DNA of 63,371 nt, filler included, from Welwitschia mirabilis (Eukaryota): NCBI GenBank assembly GCA_051453625.1. It is 7 parts of one record of this genome, joined end to end, with 100 filler letters (N's around TTAATTAATTAA, not from the genome) between each part and the next. Parts side by side here need not be neighbours in the genome. Positions count along the whole stretch, not along the records: positions 13,015 to 40,201 come from JBOZIK010000001.1; 6 more parts are not named here. The stretch is one strand, 5' to 3'. Below the pieces are notes generated by a model. It was not told the origin of the DNA and searched no databases. It saw only the letters and a program-made list of their open reading frames with translations. Positions 24,846 to 37,638 of this stretch are shown piece by piece. Position numbers and translations under genes: made by a program. Position 1 is the stretch's first letter; every line of letters begins with the position of its first letter.

Positions 24846-25361
24846 GTAATATTCTTTCATATCGAAAAGCATTTGAAACTTTTCTTATCATTCAAAGATA
24901 CAAGGCTAATACTATTTGAACCAATAAAAGTGTCATGTAAGGCAATTCTGTAAATAATTCATAAAAGACAATGTAAAGTTGATTACTTTCCTACATTATC
25001 TAAGTTGAGATTAAAAATTATTGAAGAACAAATGCCGATATAGTGTGTCACATATTTTGTTGTAATTTTGTTGTATTTTATTTTTATACAACTTTTCTTT
25101 TAAAGAGTATGCTGTATATTTTTACTCATTCTTGATTCTCTAATTACATTTATAACCATTTAGAATAATAAGGTTGGAAAATGAAGTATTATTATTATTC
25201 TTGTTATTGTTTGAAGCAGTTAATTCATGGGAAACCATGCTTGATCAGATGAAACAAATTTCTAGATTATAGATCAACATGATTGAAAATGATTGAATCT
25301 CATGAGATGTCTTACATCAATATTTTAGGTTTTTTAAATTTATTTTTATGATTGGACACAG

Positions 25362-25482
25362 GTTGCACATCAAAGAAAAATATAAAAATGAAATTTGGTT
25401 CGAAAAATTTACATTTGTAGATCAGCTTTCTGTGAAAGATGCTCTAAAGCTGTCTCTCAGCAAAACCCTTGAAAGTATACTG
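25362..25482 (+). CDS. PUS10: PUS10 exon 3 (LHIKEKYKNEIWF...SVKDALK...LESIL)
   Basis: ACAG acceptor, CTG|GTATT donor, phase 2 to 0, open frame. Confidence 0.88.
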
Positions 25483-25593
25483 GTATTTTCTTGACCTAAT
25501 TACTTCAGTGTGTAAAGCTGCTTTTTCATAAATATCCTGTTTGAATTTTGAGCATCCAGATGAATTAACACACAATCTGTTTTCTGGATGCAG

Positions 25594-25717
25594 GGATACA
25601 GTGCATGTAGTAATTCATCATTTCGGATTGTTCTGATCTTTAAGCACAATGAGACATCTTCAGAGCTTGGTTTTGTTTGTAATTCAAATGATCTGAATGC
25701 AAAGCGGAAAAGGCCAG
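25594..25717 (+). CDS. PUS10: PUS10 exon 4 (GYSACSNSSFRIVLIFKH...AKRKRP)
   Basis: TGCAG acceptor, CAG|GTGTT donor, phase 0 to 1. Basic KRKRP could be an NLS (inference). Confidence 0.85.
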
Positions 25718-26974
25718 GTGTTGATTATTTTTTATTGCACACCCATGTTTCCTAATACCCTTATTAACAAGAGGTTTTAATCAGTAAAATGGTATCAATA
25801 GTAATGGAAATGGTCATTTGAAAATTTGCAGATTATCAAACTATAAAACAAGAATGATTTAAAAAAAAGGACACAGATGGGGTTGGAGCCCTTGTTGGCT
25901 ATATCCATTGGAAAGCCAAGAATAGAGGTCTTTATATTTTTCAGAACACAGAAGAAACCAACCACAGAACAGAAGTTCATCACTCTAAGATAAGCCAACA
26001 CAAGCTTGAAAGCCTTAAACAACTTGCAACTAATGCAAAAACACTAGATGCTTGATTTAGTATGCCTTGAAATATGTATACTAACCAGTTAACTTCATGA
26101 AAAAATACACAGCCCTATGACACAACCCCAACTGAATATCCTAACCTCAGCATGACCAAGTTAAAGAAGCACCCACAACAGAGACACACTCCTAACTAAG
26201 ATTCAAATTCAAGAATGCAACTGATAGATATGGCACACAGGACTTACATTGATGTTCCCCAGGGGCCGCTTTCCTATTGAAAGTGAAGCCAACTCCTTTC
26301 TCCTCACTCTACTTTTATTGCTTTATGTCTATTTCTTGACAAGGGTGCTATGTTCTTACAATGTTGTAAAATTTTTCTCTTTAGATGACTTATGGGGGAA
26401 ACAAAGTCAATGATATTTTTATGGTTTTAGTAGTACAGTGAGTTTATAAAAGAGAGAGTTCTGCTTAAACATAATATTGAAGGAGAGAGTGAGAGTGATT
26501 ATTTTGGGTTTCTTATGTTAGTCTTTGTTGTCTCTTAGAGAATGCCCTGCTGGAGCTATCAAGGCTGGCTTATGTCCTTCGATTTGCTTTGAGATTAAGA
26601 GCTATGCACTGTTCCTGAGGAGATGGGCTAGAAAGGGCCAGCACTTTGTTAAATCTCTTGTGCTTTCTGCTTGCTGGTTTTTATCTCTGTGGCTGAACGG
26701 AATTTATTTTTATTCCATTTTGTTTTTTTAATAATGATAAATTTAATGTTCACATCCCTTCATATTTAAAGTTTTAAACATGCATCCCTGCATGAAGTAT
26801 GAGTGCCTGTTAGATCTAGTTTGAATCAATTCACCCACATCTACTACTTATTCATGCATCCTGTGTGTACTTGGAATGTGTCGATTTATTTTGTGTCTAT
26901 TATTATTAATTCACTTTCCATTGTCCTTTCTGATATTTGTCTTGAACCATTCTAAATTCCAACTATGTATTCAG

Positions 26975-27126
26975 TTGAATGCAAAGAGATGCAAAGGGAA
27001 GTTCTATCAGCTATTGAAATAGAAAGAGCAATATCAAAAGGAGAAACTTCTGCAGCAATTCTACGTTCACTGAGTTCCATTCCTGATGACGAGTTTATAA
27101 AGAAATATCAGTGTCCTCCCAAAAAT
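26975..27126 (+). CDS. PUS10: PUS10 exon 5 (ECKEMQRE...IPDDEFIKKYQCPPKN)
   Basis: TTCAG acceptor, AAT|GTATG donor, phase 1 to 0, open frame. Confidence 0.82.
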
Positions 27127-27242
27127 GTATGTTGCAATTAGTTAAACACACCCAACAGTGTTATAACGGTACTTGCATTATTTTGTTACATCTCTAAATT
27201 TAATTCATTACATTTTTTTACACATTAGAAATATATTTTCAG

Positions 27243-27314
27243 GTAAGCACGGTAAGCCAATTCAAATGCATGTGCTATCGAACATCAATTTATATTGGTG
27301 GAAGATATCTAAAG
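27243..27314 (+). CDS. PUS10: PUS10 exon 6 (VSTVSQFKCMCYRTSIYIGGRYLK)
   Basis: TTTTCAG acceptor, AAG|GTAGG donor. IYIGGRYLK is the start of the conserved Pus10 catalytic domain. Confidence 0.93.
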
Positions 27315-27998
27315 GTAGGTATAATTACATTTAGTTGTTCATTTATTTTTCTCCATGGATTTCTGATGGATATTGACCTTGGCAAATTAGTATTTTACAG
27401 TTCATGTTATGCTTGAATTCATTTTAGCTTTCGAAAATTTTTCATTATGACTGCATCCCTTTATTCAAATTATGAAAATGCATAATCCAATGGAAATTCA
27501 TATCTATCAAACAGCCATGGTCTTCTGAAGAAGTGAAACACGCCAAAGGTAAGAAAACTTTCAGAAGATGAAGCCAAGGATTGTAATTTGTCTACAAGCA
27601 GTTCTAAGAGCTAACACTTGATGAAATCAAAGAAAGCATATACAGGCACAAATACAAAGGGAGGGTAATTATAAATGAAATTGTTTCATAATCATTACCA
27701 TATCAATAATTTAATATTGCTCAGCTTGGACATGGAGGACTGTATGCCATATAACAAAACAACTAAAGATGGTTCATAGTGTCATAGAATAATATTCTGT
27801 TGCTTCATTAATCAGATGATAAATGTGACACCTTTTCAATTGTTGCAGTGGTTGATTAGTTTAAAAAAATAGTGCACATTAGTTAGTAATTGCACTGGGA
27901 TGTTGGAGACATTGCATGTATTATCGACAAACATTGTTCATACTGCTGACATTTGTATAGTGTACTAAATCCATTGTTGTGCATTCAATGTATTGCAG

Positions 27999-28067
27999 TA
28001 TTCAAGAAACATCAGCCAAACTTGTTGGATGATAGATGACGAAAGAATGGGAAAAGCATCAGTTGAG
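27999..28067 (+). CDS. PUS10: PUS10 exon 7 (YSRNISQTCWMIDDERMGKASVE)
   Basis: TGCAG acceptor, GAG|GTAAT donor, conserved YSRNxSQTxW motif. Confidence 0.95.
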
Positions 28068-28158
28068 GTAATTTCAGTTTTTCCTCCCAGAATCCTTGGA
28101 TAAGTATATGAGAAAGAGAGTCTGTACGTTGAACTTTTCAAGAGTGCTTCTTATGCAG

Positions 28159-28239
28159 GAAATAATAGGAAATGCTATACTTCCCTATTTCAGAGGTGAC
28201 CGATACAAGTTTCATGCAGCAGGGAGGGAAGACATTGAT
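28159..28239 (+). CDS. PUS10: PUS10 exon 8 (EIIGNAILPYFRGDRYKFHAAGREDID), catalytic motif
   Basis: TGCAG acceptor, GAT|GTATT donor. FHAAGREDIDVRMLG is the Pus10 catalytic Asp motif. Confidence 0.96.
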
Positions 28240-28345
28240 GTATTGCCAAATGCTTAATTTTGCAATGATGAAATCTTTCTATCTGTTGCATTCAAATTCC
28301 TGCTATCAGGAGGATAAGCACAATGTTGCTTTTCATCCCTAACAG

Positions 28346-28465
28346 GTGCGTATGCTAGGCTCAGGACGTCCCTTCCTTGTTGAAGTGCAAAATGCTCGCA
28401 TTATTCCCAGCCATGTTGATATTATTGAATTACAAAAGAAGATTAACCAATCAGAAGATGCATCT
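28346..28465 (+). CDS. PUS10: PUS10 exon 9 (VRMLGSGRPFLVEVQNAR...SEDAS)
   Basis: AACAG acceptor, TCT|GTGAG donor, conserved GSGRPFLVE. Confidence 0.95.
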
Positions 28466-28611
28466 GTGAGTTTCCTATTGCTATCTTCTTCATTTAAAAT
28501 AAGTATTATTATGGTAGTTTGCCTTTATGTTTGTGATTAAGAACATTTGCTAGCTAGCTTATCCATTTGGCTGCTTACTGCTTATTATATCCATCTGCTC
28601 ATGAAAAAAAG

Positions 28612-28686
28612 GTAGAGGTCAAGGAACTGAAACAAGTTGGTAGTGAAGCATGGGATCTTATGCGAGAAGGCGAGGCAGAGAAACAG
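28612..28686 (+). CDS. PUS10: PUS10 exon 10 (VEVKELKQVGSEAWDLMREGEAEKQ)
   Basis: AAAAG acceptor (purine-rich), CAG|GTATG donor, conserved MREGEAEKQK. Confidence 0.9.
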
Positions 28687-28846
28687 GTATGAGAGTTGTG
28701 GTTCTAATTTTATTAGAATGCAATAAGAATGAAATACTTATGAAACCCCCACTTCAAGAATCCATAGAATTTTGTTACTATGTTATAGTCGACTCTGTAA
28801 AAATAATCTCAAATTCGTTTTATATTTTTTTCCTTTGTAATTGCAG

Positions 28847-28927
28847 AAGGAATATGCTGCTGTAGTGTGGGTTTCTCGTACTGTGTCCGAGGACGATCTT
28901 AAATTTCTATCAGGGATGACAGAGCTG
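28847..28927 (+). CDS. PUS10: PUS10 exon 11 (KEYAAVVWVSRTVSEDDLKFLSGMTEL)
   Basis: TGCAG acceptor, CTG|GTATT donor, KxYxAxVW motif. Confidence 0.93.
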
Positions 28928-29018
28928 GTATTGTTAATTGAGTCATTTGAGCCCTTTGTATTCTATTGAAATACACATTAAATGTTCAAATGCATCATAT
29001 TTGGCTATTTGCATTCAG

Positions 29019-29098
29019 TGCTATACTCTGTTTGACGAGATCTGTGTCATGAGAACACTGCTATACTCTGTTTGACGAGATCTGTGTCATGAGAACAC
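29019..29098. repeat. Perfect 40-bp tandem duplication in PUS10 intron 11
   Basis: TGCTATACTCTGTTTGACGAGATCTGTGTCATGAGAACAC x2. Confidence 0.92.
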
Positions 29099-29151
29099 TA
29101 CATCTCTAATGTAATCTTAATACACTTTACTCGATCTATATTTGAATATAG

Positions 29152-29225
29152 GAGATTGATCAAAAGACACCTGTCAGAGTACTTCATCGCCGTAGTCCTT
29201 TAGTGCGCAAACGTTTAATTTACTG
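29152..29225 (+). CDS. PUS10: PUS10 exon 12 (EIDQKTPVRVLHRRSPLVRKRLIYW)
   Basis: ATAG acceptor, TG|GTACT donor, conserved QKTPxRVLHRR thumb-loop motif. Confidence 0.96.
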
Positions 29226-29242
29226 GTACTTTTGATTTTTGT

Positions 29243-29359
29243 TTGTATATCTTCGAATAGGATATTGATATTTTCTTGCACTGTGAGTGTGATTTTTTTT
29301 TTTTGGTTGTATATCTTTGAATAGGATATCAGCATTTTCTTGCACTGCTAGTGTGATTT
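29243..29359. repeat. Imperfect tandem duplication (about 64-bp period) in PUS10 intron 12
   Basis: TTGTATATCTTyGAATAGGATAT...TTTTCTTGCACTG..AGTGTGATTT occurs twice. Confidence 0.8.
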
Positions 29360-29379
29360 GGTTTTTTGTCAATCTTCAG

Positions 29380-29440
29380 GATGAAAGCTGAGAAAATTGA
29401 AGGAAGCAAGGACTATTTCATACTACGTCTTTGTACACAG
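29380..29440 (+). CDS. PUS10: PUS10 exon 13 (MKAEKIEGSKDYFILRLCTQ)
   Basis: TTCAG acceptor, CAG|GTATA donor, phase 2 to 0. Confidence 0.93.
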
Positions 29441-32400
29441 GTATATTCTTGCATAGTCACAAATAATTAGATACAAGAAAAGTTAACCAAGATCTCAATT
29501 TTCGTCTGCTTTGTCTCATCCAAGCCTTCTTGCAAATGCTACAATAACATCAGGAGTCAGATTCTTAGGGAGTAGATTAGTTGATTACACGAGCCAAGCA
29601 ATATTGGGTTTACTTTCACTCATCAAAATGCAAAATAGTATTGCAACTGGTGAACCATGCTCACCTCGTAAGCTTGGGGCACAAGGTAGTTGGTTCAACC
29701 CATGTTTATAAGTTAGGAGCTTCAATTTCTTGGTACGAATCTTATGGTATGCAAGTTCGCTTATGGTTGATATCCATATATTTTAGGGCCAACTGGGGTG
29801 CAGGCTTCAAAGTCTTGGGTATGAATCATAGGCGAAACTTGACACTTGGTGACCCACCCTTAAGTTGGGAGGGGCCACTCATGCTTTTTTACTTGGCCAA
29901 GCAAACTAGTGATCTTAGCGTGTGTGGTACAGCTTTCCACATATTAACTTCATCTTTATTTAAAAAAAATTATAATGCTTAGTGGGCACGTTGTAGAAGA
30001 TCAAATTTCAAGAGTTATCCTTGTAGGAATAGGAGGGAGATATGTTTTTCATTTCCATCAAATCTAATTACACATATGCTATTTTATATTTCCATTTTTG
30101 CACATTCATTGCAGATTTGCAATAGGATCTATTGTCATGGACATCTCATGCTAGAGTTGGTCTGATTCATTCCTCTCAAGCAGTTTTCCATTTGATAATG
30201 TAGTATTGGAAAATAGGGACTTACAGAAATAAGAAGATTGTTGGTGAAATAAAAATTGTTTCTAGTTGTAATCTTGGTCAAATCAGTATGCTTACGATCG
30301 CAATTACACAAGTCAAATCATACAATCACAAATTTTGGTCATTGAAATATCACTACTGAAAAACAGGCACAAAAAGAAAATCAAGAAATGAGCAAAGTGC
30401 TACCTTAGAAAGAAATACTATTGCTTGAAGATATAATGATTCAAATTAAACAGGAAGCAAAGACTAAAGAGTAAAACAACTCTTATCTTGTCTTTTGTAA
30501 TTTTCTTTGTTTATGAGTTTACCTTAATCAACCTATTGCGGGTTCATGTATTAAACACATTTGCTTGAAAATAAACTAATTTAATGTAATTGCAGTAAGA
30601 AATTTCATAGGAGTTGTATAAACAATTAACAGTGGAGCAAAGAAGAAGAGAACAATCACAGCACATATAACAAATCTCACAATTTATTTTAATAAACAAT
30701 GATGTGCAAGGATTAGAAATGCATGTCTGGTCAAGATGCCACCAGTGTCTTGGAAGAGTGCATTCTTCTGATTGCTTTGACTCTAATTAAATACTTTGCT
30801 AACAATGGATGAAGATGATGTAGTTAACTTTGATCACCAATGCTATGCTGCTTCGATATGTCTGATGATTGTATGAAAGAGACTTACTCTTTTGAAATGG
30901 CAATTCTATGGAAGATGTGAGGGTTCATTAGAATTTAGAACGGAACCTGAGCCAGCTGGTGGAGTCATTCAGGCTGGCAAAAGATGACCTCTATCCACTA
31001 GAATGAATTTGACATGGCTATCTAGAATTTGTGAAACAATGTTGAGAATGTCTAACTTGGCTGTTATTGATGATGGCTCTAATGCTGAAATATGCAGTTG
31101 CAGGTGGTGGTTTAGGCATGAGAATGGATTTTGCTGGCTCCAATCAAATTTGGAAGATTGATACAGTATTGGCAATGGACATCTGCACTTCATTTGGCAA
31201 TTGCAAATGTCACAAACACAGGATAGAGCTGAGAAGCAAGAAAATTTTTTATCTGGAGAGTGTAATGCATGAATTGATATCTAAAATCATATGCTTTGGG
31301 AGTTTCCGAAATAAACAAATTCAGAACTGCATCTTCAAATGAGTTTGGTAACATGGGTAATTTTAGGAAATATGTGAGAATGATGGATTCAAAACAAAGC
31401 TTTTGAAAAACACTAATGGTGGAAATTTCGGGTCATTATAAGGTTACAGGCTTACGAGAGAACACGCAAAAGGAAACATACAATGAATGCGGCAATATGA
31501 CAAAAAGCAAGTAAATTTTCAAGGCCAAATTCTCGCTATTGCTGTTGTCTAGTGAAGCAAATAGTGACTCCTCCATCTATTAAAGATTGAACTCATTGCC
31601 AGTTGCTATCTCCTGGCAATTGTCTAGTGATGCCTTCTTTTGTAATTGTTGCTAGTTGCTACTTACCATTGATTCGCAATGAAGTAGAAACCATACATTT
31701 TCCCAAGATTGTTGCTACTTGGAGTTGCCCAGTGATGCTATCTAGTAACACCTTCTACTTGTAATTCACTAAAACCAATGCCACTTGCTGTTGCTTGCTG
31801 ATGCAAATAACGATGGTATAGTTGTATAACCAGTTGATTAACTTCTCTTCTAACCACCACAGGAACTTTAAGCTATTTAAGCAAAGGCTTTTCTTTTCAA
31901 AACATCTTGCTACTAGCTTAGATGACATGATAGAAGTTCCAAGGGTTAAGGAAATCATTGGGAGAGCCTTGGAACTAGGTTCCTTGCCTCATCTAGTTAG
32001 TTGTGATCTGACAGTCATGTCCAAGCCCTCAATGTAAGTCATGTACTTGTTCAATATGTAAAGTTAATAAGATTTTATTTCATGTCTCTCAAATTGTGAT
32101 TTATGTTAGATTAATGATATTTGATTTCCTATATTTTTATGATTCATAGTTTGAGACTACTTGGGTGACAATCAATTAGTATTATTAAGTGACTCGCATT
32201 GTTTAGTTTAGATGCATAGTTGTTTTCATAATCTAGGCTTTTAATTTTTTGTAACAGCTAACTGCATTTATACTCCTACAAGTTTTCTCCTCTCTAATTC
32301 CTTGTCTTTATTGGTTGTGATACTTGGATTGTTGAATGATGTGAAATGCATGCTTAAGAAAATACACAACAGTTTCATTAGAGAAACACAAAGGAAACAT

Positions 32401-33049
32401 GCATTGACAAAACATCTGGAAAACTAAAAATTAGTGGGTTTCTTTTTTTTTGTTTGTTCACTTCCTTTTGTGAAATCCTTTCACCCCCTAGAATATCCAT
32501 ATATGATAAAACCATGAAATATTATCACAAAATAATCAAATTTTGAGATTGTTATGATGCATAATATTATTTAGAGCAGTGTAAGCCTAAACGTAATGTA
32601 TTGGAATTTGATTTTAGTGGAAACTGCACTAGAATGACAATTCTTTATAATGTTCTTTATCTGGAAAGATATTCCTTCCCAACATCTCAGATCCCTTTGT
32701 CCACTAAGAGCTGTCCTTGTGCTTCATGAATAGAGAGGTATGTTTTACTTCACAGTGATTGTAACAGTGGAACTGCTTAAGCTGGTTGTGGAAGGAGGTT
32801 GGTTTGGATGTTTGGATAATTTTTGTTCTGTAAGACCTAATAGTACAAGAGACATGTCATGAATATTATAGTAACAAGGTAATTAGATTGACTAAATAGT
32901 TTTAATCTCAGGTATACAGTGTGTTAGTTATGTTTGAGAGTTAACTTTGTACCTCTGGACTTCATTGATTGTTCACTTCCTTCATTTCCTATATGACAAA
33001 TGAATACTAAGTTCTTGGTCTTGATACATTCCTTTATTTGATGCCATAG

Positions 33050-33105
33050 GCTGGAACATATATTAAGGAGTTTGTGCATGGTGATCTTGGACGCACTCAT
33101 CCCAG
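33050..33105 (+). CDS. PUS10: PUS10 exon 14 (AGTYIKEFVHGDLGRTHP)
   Basis: CATAG acceptor, AG|GTATG donor, hallmark (Q)AGTYIKEFVHGDxGRT motif. Confidence 0.96.
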
Positions 33106-36100
33106 GTATGACAAATAGCTGATTAAAAATCTATTACAGATAGATGTTCCTTACTTGTCAGATATTCTTGGAATCCTTCTGATATAGGTTTATTATGTGG
33201 GCAGAATATCATTTTTTTTGTTTATCTTTGATTATTCATACCTATAGTTGTATTTTTATAGGTTTNNNNNNNNNNNNNNNNNNNNNNNNNNNNNNNNNNN
33301 NNNNNNNNNNNNNNNNNNNNNNNNNNNNNNNNNNNNNNNNNNNNNNNNNNNNNNNNNNNNNNNNNTGTTTATCTTTGATTATTCATACCTATAATTGTAT
33401 TTTTATGAATGTCAGAGATGCTTTAATTTTATGAAAAGCAAAAAGAAAAATCAGATTACCATAACAGAAATAACAGAGTTAGAGTTCTATATCACGATCA
33501 ATATAGAAAGACTGAAATCCAAGAAACAGTGGACAGAACTCAAGACCAAAGGGAAAATTCAACTTAGTACTCATGACTAGCTTATTGACTTGGCAGCTCA
33601 TTCATTTTTTGGTTTCAGGAAAGTATGAAACAGAAAAGGTCACGAACAGCGAAAAAAATCAAATGTATACGGATACTTCTTAAAGTGCATGAAATCTATC
33701 TGGAATGTGTTTTAACTATAGAAAACCGAAATACTACAGTAACAGAGTTCCATAAGCGAAGTTGCAATAGACAGGAAAAGAAGAACATTAATGACCCCTT
33801 TTCCCTTTATGTAAGTACAGTTTATAGTAAAGAAGCCACAGATATGATGTTTCTGTGGCTAAATCAAGATTCTAGGCTGCATGATATAGTCAGTTGTACC
33901 ATCATTTATCCAAACCCTGAACTTGACGTATTACCAATATGAACACGATGAATTAAAGCCATCATTGCTGTCTTTATCTTTGAATTTTAATGTCTGTCAT
34001 CAGGCCCTGCAACTCTTTTTTCTTTCTCTTCCTCATGTACTGGGTCCTTCCCTTGTGTTATACTCAACTTGACTCAGAAGTCACTCACCTGACTCACAAG
34101 TCCAAAGACAAGATGGTGTATGAAAGCTGAACAAAAGCAATTTTTACTTGATGCAGGGGAGTGAAAATGAATCACTTGCTTGAGTTATGACAAGCTATAG
34201 TAAAACTAAACTACTGAAATCCAAACTTTCAAATGTAATTACTGGACATAATCTCCCTCACTGGAGAAAAACTGCTTTTTGATTTGTGAATCACTTGAAA
34301 GCAGGAATACCATGATTAATTTGTATTGGGTTCTAAGGTAAAAAAATATTGTTGGTGTTGGAAATCAGGAACACATCAAAGGGAGGTGAAGATGGATGAC
34401 TAAATCCCTTTTGGTACTAGATTAGATGTGGAATCTCTCCAATCAAAAAAATCAAACACTTGAATGCACAACCACAGTTCTTATTCAATGAATGGCTACT
34501 ACAAACTCTATGTGCAGCAGAAAATCATCATAGTAAATATGATTAGAATATTTATGTGATTTGTAGTTTCTATTGACATGGAATGAAGGATTATTTGAGT
34601 GAGTGTTTGAAATATCTGTGGTTAATCTCCGATTTTGGAGATTAATCTCTGATCAGATAAAATTTCCGATCCAGTTGGCTTGATCCAATCAGATTAAATA
34701 TATATTTTTGGTAATCTTAAGAATTGGCAATTAGTAGGGAATTAGTCTCTCATTTGATTAATCTCTCATCATATGAGATTGATTTACTAAATGAAAAAAG
34801 AAAAGAAGATTGTTCTAAACATTGAAAAGTGGCAAAAACACATTTTGTTTTGACAGTTCAAGGTGCACAGCCACTCCAAAAATAATTACCAGTCAAGAAG
34901 ACAACATGAACCTTGAAAGACTTGTAAATTTTCTTCATTATTCAACTATAACAAAGGTAAATGGAAATGTCTATTTTTAAACCTTTGGGTGAATTATATT
35001 GTTGAAACTAATGGCTTCAGGGTTTAAAGATTAATAATTAGAGTTTGTAAACTGTCTATGTTGGAGCTTTCAAATTTGAAATTCCATTTCAATATTTTTC
35101 TTGCTATGTTTTACTAAATATTACAACTAAGTGATAATTTGTGAAGTGAATGTGTCAAAGCTTTCTATAGTTCATTATTTTGGGATTTCTGTATGATTAT
35201 AATATTGCTTATTGCTAAAATGCTAAAATAGATAAATAGACATATGCATGTTTTCATTGCTGTCCACTACTATCATATTTTCTAGACATTATATTCCCAA
35301 TGTTCTATTTTTCTTAAATGCTGTTGTATGTAGTGCCATATCTTGGTGGAATTGTTCATGAAAAAAGTCAGATTCTTATTTGTTATGTGGTTTTACCAAT
35401 TATTTTGCGGTTTTGCCAATTATTTTGTGATGCGTCTCTGATCGTGGCTGATTTATTTCCAATTTCTGGTTTGTAACATGTGCTGATTAGTTGCCAATTT
35501 AATGATTTTTCAATGACTGCAAATTACAAGGTAGATCAAGAGCTATGCTTTTTTGGTTTTCTGTTTTTAGTTTTTACAAACAAAACTTTTCTGTTTTTAG
35601 TTTTTTACAAACAAAAGAAACTTATAACACACAAAAATCCTTAAGCTATTTCTTGTCTTTTAAAATCATTATTGAAATAATTTAACACAGGGATACAATG
35701 ACATGTAAACTGTAAAGCATCAGGGACTCGATTGCATTTCATAAAAAGACCATTGATATATGCTAATTTAAAAAGCACAAAGAAATCTTCCATAATTTAT
35801 CATGAGATTCTTGCTTATGCCTTATTTAGAAACGTAATAAAATTTTGTGAACAAGTTGACAATTTAGGTGTGACTCTTTCAAAGTGATTATCAATGATCA
35901 GTCAAGTTTACTAGTAACACGATGATAAAATTATGACTAAACAATGTCTGATATGATTCAAGATTAGAATATATGCATATAAAATTGGTTCCAGTTTCAA
36001 GAAGTCCGTATCTGATCTTGACAAGAAGGTTGTTACTGATCTGATTGAGGCCAAGATGTTGACAGAGAAAGATGGAGATTATGATGATAGGATCATATCA

Positions 36101-37562
36101 TAGATGGAGATGAGGTTTCATAATATAGCTATAACATCAGCAGAAGCCGACCTTGATATGGTTATGGTTATGGAAAAAATGTAATCAGGCAACTAATGAG
36201 AAGAGGGTGAGTTGTTTGATTTATGTTTTAACTAATGGTACTTGTTGAACACGTCCATCATGAAATCTGTTCAAGATTAAATCAGGGTAATTGAAAGCAT
36301 GCTAAATAAAACGGCATACACCTTTTCATCTTGTTTTTCTTTCTTTCTTTCTTTCTTGCTTGCTTGTTTTCTTTCTTCCCTTTTTTTTGTTTTTTTAAAA
36401 ATATTTTTTGCCCTTTTGTGTTCTTGGTGCTTTAGCATCAGCCTACTCCCCTATCAGTGGGACAGAACCTTTTCCCCTTTTTTTCTTTAATAATCGGCTT
36501 TGTCATGCAAGAATGGTTTTTCAGTAGGTAACCATACAAACCAAATCTTCCAAGAACACTTCTTCGAATCTTTTTCCATCCTTGAAGAAACAATAAAGCA
36601 TGAAAGGAGGATGTGGAAGGATGTTCATCTGTGCACTCATAATTACCTTGCAAGCTTGAAGCAATGAAATAACAATATGTTGGTTTAATCACCCTGCTAG
36701 CCCTGGCTGATGGTTGCTCATTGAAAGAGTCCATGCTTGGAATGGTTTTTATTTCACTTTCCATGCTTCCATAGAATTTGAGTAGGGAATTGCAGGCTTT
36801 AACTGACTATGGGAGACACCAAATTAGAAAATATATGGCAGACATACAAACCAAAGATTCCTGTTAAGCATAACTTTGAAAATCAAATTTTAATTTTCAC
36901 TAGGAAAGATATAAAAGATAACAGACTACATTCATAAAGAAGGCATTGAATCACAATATGGCTAAAAACAATTGAGTGCATACCAATCCTTGTTTTGTGG
37001 GGATCACTCCAAATATGATGACTGGTTCCACTGGGGTTAAAGACACAAGTATTAGTAGGAAATACAATTATCAAATCATTCAACAATATTAGGAAACGAG
37101 ACAATAAACACTGGGGTTAGAATGTCAGTTCTTATGCATCAAAGTTATTTTAGAAAAGTAAGCCAAGAATCAGTTTGTGTATGATTTTATAAACATAATG
37201 GAATTGTAAAAGGATAATGATTCCATGCCATTGATAATGAAACCACAAAAAGAATATAGTGGGTGTTTTCAGAATCATTGGAAATTACATCCAATAAAAA
37301 TAATTTCACGTAGAGTTTTCAGAAGTCATTCAGCCTTAATCTGTTTATTTGTCGTTCCAAATTGATTTGGTCTTTTGCTTGTAAGCTCTCAAATCTAGAA
37401 TTTGACATGATTTATATTCCAATGGTTATTCTGTTAAAACAAGTTCTAATTTTAGTAGTCATAAATATTTATTGACATCAGTTATTTCTAACAGTCTCTG
37501 AGAATACATTTCAACATTTTCTCATAGTTCAAACAGCTATTTCCTTTTGCTATATCTTGCAG

Positions 37563-37638
37563 CATCGGCTCACTGCTGGGTTGTGTTGCGGAGATACTGC
37601 AGCTTGATGTCACAGATGTGAAGATGGACATTTTTTGA
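37563..37638 (+). CDS. PUS10: PUS10 terminal exon 15 (SIGSLLGCVAEILQLDVTDVKMDIF*)
   Basis: TGCAG acceptor, conserved ILQLDV motif, TGA at 37636-37638. Summed exons = 1605 nt = 534 aa + stop. Confidence 0.94.

Noticed and set aside
34622..34645. Short hairpin TTAATCTCC...GGAGATTAA
   Set aside because: A 9-bp stem is too short to support a miRNA or MITE call in AT-rich DNA
36438..37104. Minus-strand ORFs (108 aa, 73 aa) in intron 14
   Set aside because: No convincing protein identity. At most a very decayed LINE/RNase H-like remnant.
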